20,034 nucleotides of DNA from Deinococcus radiodurans R1 = ATCC 13939 = DSM 20539 (lineage in GTDB: Bacteria > Deinococcota > Deinococci > Deinococcales > Deinococcaceae): the NCBI RefSeq assembly GCF_000008565.1, contig NC_001263.1:1197567-1217600 (forward strand). The letters are read 5' to 3'. The notes under the pieces are model-generated. The model had not been told where the DNA came from and made no database searches. It was given only the letters and a program-made list of their open reading frames with translations. The position numbers and the translations under genes are program-made. Below, piece by piece: positions 10,361 to 18,710 of this stretch (position 1 is its first letter; every line of letters starts with the position of its first letter).

Positions 10361-10440
10361 GATGAGGTCAAGGTGCGGTCAGCCAAAGCCACGTTTCGCG
10401 CCGCGCTTCTTGAGAGTGCTTTAGGGTGCGAACAATGGAC

Positions 10441-10487
10441 AAAGAACAGACACAAAATGAAGGCCAGAGCGTCAGGCCCCGGCCTTC
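10441..10487 (-). terminator. Probable terminator of the PfpI/DJ-1 gene
   Basis: 7-bp stem GAAGGCC/GGCCTTC (10459-10465 / 10481-10487) with a 15-nt loop, followed in minus sense by ATTTTGTGTCTGTTCTTT. Confidence 0.45.
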
Positions 10488-10507
10488 TTCCTGCGGTAAG
10501 TCAAGTC

Positions 10508-11080
<573 letters not shown>

Positions 11081-11167
11081 GGCCCCAGCCTCTCACCCGC
11101 TCGTAAGGCGCGGGTCGACCCTGCCTTGAGAGGACCTTGATTCATTTCTCCCGCCTCCGCGCCAGCC

Positions 11168-11192
11168 AAAAAAACTGCCCGGTGAGGGGCAG
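11168..11192 (-). terminator. Strong intrinsic terminator of the TPR-like gene
   Basis: Minus sense: CTGCCC-CTCACC-GGGCAG followed by TTTTTTTGG. Confidence 0.8.
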
Positions 11193-11229
11193 CCTGTGTG
11201 CGGGGGTGCGGGAAGCGCTTTCCTTCTTG

Positions 11230-11937
11230 TTACTTCAGCTTGGCGAGCATGGCCTGGGCCGTCGCCACGTCGCGCTTTTCCCAGAAATTGTCGGCGCCCA
11301 TGCCGGCGGCCTTTTCCAGCTGGGCCCTGGCGCCGGCCTTGTTGCCCTGGAGCAGCAGCGCGTTGGCGTACTCGACGCGGTGAATGGGAGTGTTCGCTTC
11401 GAGGGCGATGGCCTTCTCGAAGTTAGGAACGACCTGGGCTTTGCTCGCACCAGTGGCGCTGCGGGCAATGGCGCCCTTGGAATCAAGGTTGGCGTTCCAC
11501 AGGCCCAGGGCCACGTAAGCCGACGCCATGTTGGGCTTGAGCTTGATGGCGGTATCGAGGTTCTGCTTCATGTCCTTCGCCATACCGAGGCTCTGAAGAA
11601 TCCCGCTGAACTGCGCGAGGCGGCCCTGAGCGCGGGCGAGCTCGAAGTAGGCTTCGGGGTTGTTCTTGTCGGCGGCGATGGCCTGCTTGGCGTAGTCCTG
11701 CGCCTTGGCGAACAGGGCCTTTTTCTGGCTGTCGGCCACCAGACCGGCGCCGTTGGTGGTCGCTTCGGCGGCGAGGGCGTACCCGTCGCTGGTCTTGAGC
11801 GCGGCGGCGGCGGTGGCGGCTTCCTGCCACTTGCCCTGGTCGTAGAGCGACTGCGCGGCTTGCAGCGACTGGGCGCCGGCAGCGCTCAGGATGAGGGTCA
11901 GGGCCAGGGGGGTCACGGTCAGAACAGGGTTACGCAT
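11230..11937 (-). CDS. Secreted/periplasmic TPR-like helical-repeat protein
   Basis: I start at MRNPVLTVTPLALTLILSAAGAQS (signal peptide), preceded by GGAGGA 7 nt upstream. The body is Ala/Lys/Gln-rich with helical repeats. The 100 codons upstream in the ORF track (to 12237) lack coding character. Confidence 0.75.
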   Translation of the reverse strand: MRNPVLTVTPLALTLILSAAGAQSLQAAQSLYDQGKWQEAATAAAALKTSDGYALAAEATTNGAGLVADSQKKALFAKAQDYAKQAIAADKNNPEAYFELARAQGRLAQFSGILQSLGMAKDMKQNLDTAIKLKPNMASAYVALGLWNANLDSKGAIARSATGASKAQVVPNFEKAIALEANTPIHRVEYANALLLQGNKAGARAQLEKAAGMGADNFWEKRDVATAQAMLAKLK

Positions 11938-12217
11938 TGAAACTTCCTCCAGAAGGGTGCCCGGCAAAGGGGCCAGGCCAGAATTAAGGTGGCGGGGCCG
12001 ATACCGAAAGCCGGAAGGCCGAACGGAACGGAGGTGGTCGGTTTGGTCGTTTGGGAAAACTGAACTGAGTATACACAAAAAGGTGACGCGTATCTGATCC
12101 CCCCGTTGGGGGCGCGCTTGCCGGACTGTTCTGCACCCGGTGCAGTTCTGGACGCAGTGCAAAATTGCGCTCAGGTCGGGCTTGACGGGGCGCTGAAGAA
12201 CGTGGGCTGGGCCGGCG

Positions 12218-12247
12218 GTGACAGCGGGCCGCCTCACGCTCTACGCT
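12218..12247 (+). promoter_or_regulatory. Candidate promoter GTGACA - 18 nt - TACGCT for the NTPase gene (leaderless start at 12254)
   Basis: The -35-like hexamer is at 12218-12223 and -10 TACGCT at 12242-12247, with an in-frame GTG 6 nt downstream. Confidence 0.45.
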
Positions 12248-12253
12248 GGGGGG

Positions 12254-15200
12254 GTGGACTGGAAAGCGGCGCTCGCCGAGATTCGTGCCGCGCTCCCGCC
12301 GGGCAGTGGGGCGGGTGGGGTGCAGCGCGGCAGCCTGCGCTGGCTGGAAGCCGAACTGGGGGCTCGCGGCGGCAATCCGGCGGCCCTGCGCAACATCGTG
12401 TACCGCGACGTGGGCACCGCCGCCGACAAGCGCCTGCTTGCCGAGCTGCTGCGCGAGCTGGCGCAGGAGGCGGGGCTGCGGCTCGACCTGGGGGCGCCCG
12501 AGCAGGAACCGGCGCCGCTGCCGCCCGAACTGGAACTGCTGGGCCGCAGCAAAAAACGGGTCTACAAACAGTTTCTGGCCGGCGTGCGGGCGGGCCGGAC
12601 CCCCCGGCTGGTGGTTACGGGCCGCGCCGGGGCGGGCAAGACGGTGCTGCTCGACCACCTCGCGGCGGCGCTGCAACAGGCCGGAGCGCGGGTCGAGCGC
12701 CTCAACCTCAGCGGAGACCTGCTGGCGCTGGCAGGGGGGCCGCCGCTGCGTGACCGCTCCTTCGCCTCGCTCGCCGCGCGGCAGCTCGACGCCCTGCGGA
12801 CGGTGCTGCCGCCCGAGCGCCTGCCGGTGGGCAGCGCCCTGCTGGTGCGCGTGACCGAAAACCTGCATTTCGGCAACGATCCGCCCCGCCTCCCCGACGG
12901 TACTCCCGCGACCGCCGCCGCCTGGGCCGCCGAGGTGCTGCGCCGGCACATTCCTGCTGGGGTCAGCGTGCTCTTTGCCCTCGAAGACGCCGCGGGCTGG
13001 CCGCCGGGCGCCGGAGAAATCATCGAGTTGCAGCCTCCCACCCTCACCGAAGCGCGGGCTTATCTGATGGCCCGGCTGGGTGTGTCGCGCCCGGTGGCCG
13101 ACAGCCTGGCGCGGGAAACGGGGCGCAACCTCGACCGCTTGACGCTGCTTGCCGGAGCTGGCGGCAACGCGGCGCGGCTGCTCGCTGACCACGACGTGCG
13201 CCGCCTGGCCTGCGCGGCAGCGGTGCTGGCCGTCCCGCCCACTGGCACCCGTGACACCGCTTCGTCTGTCCCGCTCGGTGACCCGCCCGTGCTGCCTGCC
13301 GAGGCGCTCGCCCTGGCCCTGGGCGGACAGGTCACGGCGCTGCCGCTGCACGCCCGCAGCCTGCTCGACGCGGTGACCGGGCCGCTGGAGGGGGAAGGTC
13401 AGCCGGAGGCGGGACAAGCGGTGGGAGAGGACACGGGCGAAAAAGTCACCGGCTGGCGTCCCCGACCTTTGCTGTGGCTGGCGCTGCCGCTGCTGCCGGA
13501 AGCCGAGGTGGAGGCGGCAACTGAACAGTTTGTGCAGGCCACCCAGAGCCGCGACCTCAGTCCCGAGGTGGTGCCCTACCGGCTGGCAGCGCTGGCCGCG
13601 CTCGGCGAGTGGAGCATGCTGGAGCGCCATGTCCGTGCCCGGCCCGATGACGCCCGTTACCTGCCGGCGCTGTGGCGGCGCATCCGGGCAGGAGCGAGTT
13701 CGCCGGAGCGCGAAGGGCTGGCACGGGCCGTCGTCACCCACTACGCCAGCCGGGGCGAGTACCACGCGCCCGCCGCCCGCGACGCGCTGTTCGTGCTGCT
13801 GGAAGCCGAGGGCGCCGCGCACGCCTGGGCCAGGGTCAAACTGGCCGAGAGCAGCCTCGACGCCGGCAACTTCGAAACGGCGCAGACCCAGTTGGAAAAA
13901 GCGGAGCTTGAGCACCTCTCCGTGCAGCCTGGCAGCTGGGGAGACGACTGGCGCCTGGCCGCGCAGTCCGACGGGCTGCTGGTGCAGGCGGCGCTCGCAC
14001 GCTGGCGGGGCGACATGGCCGGCGCGACGGAGGCGGTGAGTGACCCGCGCACCGCGCAGTCCGGCCCCCGGGCGCGGCTGTGGCGCGGGCTGGTCGCCAA
14101 AGACGCGGGCCGCTGGGAAGAAGCGCTCGACCACCTCGGCGCGGTGCCGGGCAGCAGCCCGCTGCTCTCGACACGCGCCCGTTATCAGGAAGGCGACCTG
14201 CGGCTGCGGCTGGGGCAGCCCGTCACCGCTTACGCCGCCCTGAGCGATGCGGCCCGGCGCCTAAAAGCGGCTGGCGCCAACCCCGAGGAGCAGGCGCGGG
14301 TGCTCGCGCGGGCCGCCACCGCCCGGCGCCGCCTAGGGTACGCGGAGGACGCCCTGCGGCTGTTCGGGCAAGCGCTCGCGCTGCTGCCCACCGACCTGCG
14401 CCGCTCGGCAGACGCGGTGCTGCAGGCGCGTTTGATTTCCGAACAGGTGCCGGTGCTGCTCGCGCTGGGCCGCCCCGACGACGCGCTGGCGCAGGCGGCC
14501 CAGGCCCTTACCCTGCTGCGCGGCGAGGGGGGCCGCCGCGCCGAGGTGACCTACCGTGTTCGCCGCACCCACTACCGGGTGGCCCTCGCCTACCTGACGC
14601 GGGGGCGCGGCGTGCCGTACCTCCAGCCTTTCGGTGGCCCCGAGTTCGACACCCCCGACCTCGTTCACGCCCGCGCCCTGCTCGCCGAGCTGTTGCGGGC
14701 ACCGGTGGGTCAGAGTGACCGCGAGCAACTCCTTGCCTTCGATATGCACCTGTCACTCGCACTGGCGCAGCCTGACCCCCAGCAGGCCCTGGCCGACCTG
14801 GGCCGCGCCCTCGACATGACCGACCATCCCTACGCCGAGGCCCAGGCGCGGGCGCTGCGCGCTGAAGCGTTCGTGCGGGCGGGCGAACCCGGTCAGGCAC
14901 TCGGTGAACTGGGCCGCGCCCACGCCCTGCTGCGCCGGGTGCGGCTGGGACTGCCCGGCCCGCAGGAAGCCGACCCGGCGCTCAGCGCTCAGCTCCTGGG
15001 TGTGGAAATCCGGGTAGGGCTTGCCGAAGCTTCAAAGCAGGCCACCGAAGCCCTGCTCGGGCTGCGGCAGGCGCTTGCCGACCCGTCGCTGCATCCCTTC
15101 CGCTCCGGCATCTGGCGCGAGGCGGGGCGGGCACTGGAACGGCTACACCCGGCCCCACAGGACGTACTCACTGCGCTTTTCCCTGCGGCGCCGGAGCTGC

Positions 15201-15283
15201 CTTTGCGGGTGTCCGACGCTTTGGTGGTCCTGGCGGCGCAGGCCGATCCGCTGCCCAGCTCGACAGAAGACCCGGACCTGTAG
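12254..15283 (+). CDS. Large P-loop NTPase of STAND/AAA16 type with an HTH-like N-terminus and a long TPR-like C-terminal region
   Basis: Walker A is VVTGRAGAGKTVLLDHL. Candidate Walker B is VSVLFALED. An IELQPPTLTEARAYL arm motif follows, then more than 600 aa of Ala/Leu/Arg-rich helical repeats. The ORF-track start is 12218; I prefer the in-frame GTG at 12254. Confidence 0.75.
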   Translation: MDWKAALAEIRAALPPGSGAGGVQRGSLRWLEAELGARGGNPAALRNIVYRDVGTAADKRLLAELLRELAQEAGLRLDLGAPEQEPAPLPPELELLGRSKKRVYKQFLAGVRAGRTPRLVVTGRAGAGKTVLLDHLAAALQQAGARVERLNLSGDLLALAGGPPLRDRSFASLAARQLDALRTVLPPERLPVGSALLVRVTENLHFGNDPPRLPDGTPATAAAWAAEVLRRHIPAGVSVLFALEDAAGWPPGAGEIIELQPPTLTEARAYLMARLGVSRPVADSLARETGRNLDRLTLLAGAGGNAARLLADHDVRRLACAAAVLAVPPTGTRDTASSVPLGDPPVLPAEALALALGGQVTALPLHARSLLDAVTGPLEGEGQPEAGQAVGEDTGEKVTGWRPRPLLWLALPLLPEAEVEAATEQFVQATQSRDLSPEVVPYRLAALAALGEWSMLERHVRARPDDARYLPALWRRIRAGASSPEREGLARAVVTHYASRGEYHAPAARDALFVLLEAEGAAHAWARVKLAESSLDAGNFETAQTQLEKAELEHLSVQPGSWGDDWRLAAQSDGLLVQAALARWRGDMAGATEAVSDPRTAQSGPRARLWRGLVAKDAGRWEEALDHLGAVPGSSPLLSTRARYQEGDLRLRLGQPVTAYAALSDAARRLKAAGANPEEQARVLARAATARRRLGYAEDALRLFGQALALLPTDLRRSADAVLQARLISEQVPVLLALGRPDDALAQAAQALTLLRGEGGRRAEVTYRVRRTHYRVALAYLTRGRGVPYLQPFGGPEFDTPDLVHARALLAELLRAPVGQSDREQLLAFDMHLSLALAQPDPQQALADLGRALDMTDHPYAEAQARALRAEAFVRAGEPGQALGELGRAHALLRRVRLGLPGPQEADPALSAQLLGVEIRVGLAEASKQATEALLGLRQALADPSLHPFRSGIWREAGRALERLHPAPQDVLTALFPAAPELPLRVSDALVVLAAQADPLPSSTEDPDL

Positions 15284-15307
15284 GAGGCCCGGGCTACTGC
15301 GAACAGC

Positions 15308-16042
15308 TCAACGGAAATACGTCAGCAGAATCTCGGCTTCCTCGCCGGGCACGCCGCGCAGCATGTTGGTGCGGTGGTAGGTGAGCAGCACCTGATTGCT
15401 GCCGAGCTGGTGCAGGCTGAGCTGGCCGTGGATCCCGTTCTGGCTGATGGGGTCGTACCCGTGCAGGTTCCACTGCACGCCGCCGCGCAGGTCGATGCTG
15501 CGGTCGCTGGCGGTGCTGGCCGGCACCCGCACCGGCTTGAAGGTAAAGCCCTCGGGCACCTCCACCTCGCCGCTGCGTAGGTCGAAGCTCAGGCCGCGCA
15601 AGAGGGCCGGCACGCCGGGCTGCTCGGGAAAGGTCAGGCGCTGGGGCGTGCGCAGCAGCGGCAGTTTCAGACTCTTGCCGCTCGGCACCAGCACCGGCTG
15701 AAAGGCGAGGTAGCGCCCAAACTCTTCCCGGGTGATGCCCAGCCGCGCGTCGTAGCTCGGCACCTGCCCCCGCGCCGCCGAGGCGAGCACCATCCGCAGC
15801 GCCGCTGGACTGCCGCCCACCGAGGTCACGCGCTGTTGCAGGTTCACTGTGGCAATGCGCGCGCCCCGGTTGACCAGTTGAGCGGTCTGCTCAGCGGCGG
15901 GGAGCAGGGCCGCCACCCGTGTCGCCAGAGCCGCCGGGGACTCTGCCGACGCCAGCGCCTGATTGCCAGGGCCACCGAGTCCGGCGGTGCCCAGTCCCAG
16001 CAGGGCCACGAGCGGCAACAGTGAGCGGCGGGAAGCAGACAT
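15308..16042 (-). CDS. Hypothetical secreted protein
   Basis: MSASRRSLLPLVALLGLGTAGLG... is a signal peptide. An alternative ATG lies at 16057. I recognise no family. Confidence 0.6.
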   Translation of the reverse strand: MSASRRSLLPLVALLGLGTAGLGGPGNQALASAESPAALATRVAALLPAAEQTAQLVNRGARIATVNLQQRVTSVGGSPAALRMVLASAARGQVPSYDARLGITREEFGRYLAFQPVLVPSGKSLKLPLLRTPQRLTFPEQPGVPALLRGLSFDLRSGEVEVPEGFTFKPVRVPASTASDRSIDLRGGVQWNLHGYDPISQNGIHGQLSLHQLGSNQVLLTYHRTNMLRGVPGEEAEILLTYFR

Positions 16043-16134
16043 AGCGGTTCCGAACATAGGACTTCAAGGTGAGAACTGAGCGCCGGCGCCCTCATGCGCT
16101 GCCGGCCCCCGTCCGCTGCCAGTCCCATCTTCTG

Positions 16135-16893
16135 TCAGTCGAGGTACTCGCGCGCCTTCAGGTGACTGGCCCGCAGCGTAAAGCGCTCGGCGTCGCCCGC
16201 CCCACACAACCGGCCCACCTGCGTCCGGGCGGCGCGGAACTGCTCGGGGGTCCACGGCCACTTGTAGAACGCCTGATAAAAAGCCATCACTTCGGCGGCC
16301 ACGTCCACTGTGTCGGTCGTGTCAACGAACACCTCGGGGTAGGGGCTGGCCGGCGCGTAGTACTGGTAGAAGCGTATCGGGTCGCGCCAAGCTGCCAGCC
16401 GCCTGATGTCCTCGCCGCTTTCGGGGGCCGCGTCTCCGCCGAGGTCCGGCGCGGGGGAGAGGGCCGCCGCGCTCGTCCCCGCCTCGTTCAGAATCTTGGG
16501 AATGCGGGCGAGCGTCACCGCGTCAAAGGCGATTTTGGCCGTCATGCGGTGGTCGGGGTGGGGATGGTCGTCGCTCCAGGTGATGACCGCGTGAGGCCGG
16601 AAGGTCGCGTAGAGCCGGGCGAGTTGCAGCGCCTCGTCCCGCCCGCCGGTCATACGGCTGTCGCCCATGTCGAAGAAGTGGTATTTCGCGCCGATTTTGT
16701 CGGCCACCCACGCGCCGTGCTCGCGCCGAATGCGCCGCACTTCCTCGTGCTCGGTGTCCCCGAACTGACTGGCGAGTTCGCCGAGCGTGGTCCACACCAG
16801 CAGCACCTCGTCGCCGCGCCGGGCGTGTTTGGCGAGGGTTCCGATGCACCCGATTTCGTCGTCAGGATGGGCAAAGACGGCCATGATTCGCAT
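16135..16893 (-). CDS. PIG-L/LmbE-family N-acetylglucosaminyl deacetylase (possible thiol-cofactor biosynthesis deacetylase)
   Basis: IMAVFAHPDDE motif and a downstream HPHPDHR motif. TAGACT (16900-16905, minus) lies 6 nt upstream of the ATG. Confidence 0.85.
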   Translation of the reverse strand: MRIMAVFAHPDDEIGCIGTLAKHARRGDEVLLVWTTLGELASQFGDTEHEEVRRIRREHGAWVADKIGAKYHFFDMGDSRMTGGRDEALQLARLYATFRPHAVITWSDDHPHPDHRMTAKIAFDAVTLARIPKILNEAGTSAAALSPAPDLGGDAAPESGEDIRRLAAWRDPIRFYQYYAPASPYPEVFVDTTDTVDVAAEVMAFYQAFYKWPWTPEQFRAARTQVGRLCGAGDAERFTLRASHLKAREYLD

Positions 16894-16950
16894 AGGCAGA
16901 GTCTAGAACTGTGCGCGGGCCCAGAAAGCGGGACGGTCTACGCTCGCCGC

Positions 16951-17361
16951 ATGTCACAGAAAATGCCGCCGCAGGAAATGTTTGAACAGGGCCTGGAAAA
17001 GCGCCGCGCCGTGATGGGTGCCGAATTCGTGGACCGCGCCTTCGCGGGTGGGGAAGACGCCTTCGGGGCCGACTTCCAGCGCTTCATGACCGAATACGCC
17101 TGGGGCGCCGTCTGGGGCCGGGGCGGGCTGACCGACCGCGAGCGCCACATGGTCACCATCGGCATCCTCGCCGCGCTGGGCCGTGAAAAGGAACTCGCCG
17201 GGCACCTGCGCGCCACCGCCAACACGGGAGTCAGCGAACGCGACCTGAGCGACGTGCTGCATCAGGTCGCCATTTACGCGGGCGTTCCGGCGGCCCTGAG
17301 CGCGGTGAACGCCACTAAGGAAATGTTGGCAAAACGCCACAGCAAGGAGCCGAACAAATAG
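16951..17361 (+). CDS. Carboxymuconolactone decarboxylase (CMD/PcaC-like) family protein
   Basis: LTDRERHMVTIGILAALGREKELAGHLRATANTGVSERDLSDVLHQVAIYAGVPAA is the typical CMD core. Only the last 137 codons of ORF 16069-17361 are real. TACGCT (16939-16944) lies 6 nt upstream of the ATG. Confidence 0.85.
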   Translation: MSQKMPPQEMFEQGLEKRRAVMGAEFVDRAFAGGEDAFGADFQRFMTEYAWGAVWGRGGLTDRERHMVTIGILAALGREKELAGHLRATANTGVSERDLSDVLHQVAIYAGVPAALSAVNATKEMLAKRHSKEPNK

Positions 17362-17460
17362 ACTGTCTTTTCATTCAAATTTATACGAAATGTGAAATAG
17401 GAAGTTCAATGGGGAAGACCCTCCTCAGCCCCCGCTGGCGCCTCCGCTACACTCCTCCCT

Positions 17461-18122
<662 letters not shown>

Positions 18123-18123
<1 letters not shown>

Positions 18124-18710
18124 TGCCCGCTGAAACGGCCCCCCGCGTCATCCTCGCGTCGGGCAGCCCGCGCCGCCGTGAACTGCTCGGCAACCTTGGC
18201 GTGCCGTTCGAGGTCGTCGTCAGCGGTGAGGCGGAAGACAGCCAGGAAACCGACCCCGCTCGCCTCGCGCTCGAACTCGGGCAGCTCAAGGCCCGCGCCG
18301 TCGCCGCGCAGCATCCGGACGCGGTGGTCATCGCCGCCGACACGGTGGTCGCGCTGGGGGGAACGCTGCTCGCCAAACCCGCCGACGAGGCCGAGAACGC
18401 CGCTTTTCTGCGCCAGCAGTCGGGCAAAACGCAGCAGGTCTACACCGGCGTGTGCGTCATCTCCCCGGCAGGCGAGCAGAGCGGCGTGGAGCGCACCGAC
18501 GTGACCTTCCGCGCATTGACCGAGGCCGAAGTGACGTTCTACGCCCGCAGCGGCGAGGGGCTGGACAAGGCCGGCGGCTACGGTATTCAGGGCGTCGGGA
18601 TGGCTCTGATTGAGCGAGTCGAGGGTGACTACTCCAACATCGTCGGCTTTCCGCTCGCGCTGGTGCTGCGGCTGCTGCGCGGGGCGGGAGTTTCGGCATT
18701 CGGCGTCTGA
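18123..18710 (+). CDS. maf: Maf-family nucleoside triphosphate pyrophosphatase
   Basis: ILASGSPRRRELL, ADTVV and KAGGYGIQG. The ATG overlaps the deoC TGA (TGATG), implying translational coupling. Confidence 0.95.

Noticed and set aside
11938-12237. 100-codon upstream extension of the TPR-like ORF
   Set aside because: The Met at 11937 is preceded by a strong GGAGGA and begins a canonical signal peptide. The upstream translation (Arg/Pro/Cys-rich) crosses the lower-GC divergent promoter region.
11984-14134. 716-aa ORF on the minus strand, and other long ORFs overlapping 12218-15283
   Set aside because: They are antisense or off-frame to the NTPase gene, which has a Walker A motif and coherent repeat structure. 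Their composition is extremely Arg/Pro/Gly-rich.
16069-16950. N-terminal 294 codons of the 430-aa plus-strand ORF
   Set aside because: They are antisense to the PIG-L deacetylase gene. The recognisable CMD-family sequence begins only at the ATG at 16951, which also has a TAnnnT element 6 nt upstream.
17381-17410. Possible radiation/desiccation response motif or CRP/DdrI site in the AT-rich stretch upstream of deoC (TTATACGAAATGTGAAA; TGTGA at 17391-17395)
   Set aside because: It is not palindromic and mismatches the RDRM consensus at several core positions. The TGTGA half-site has no TCACA partner 6 nt downstream.
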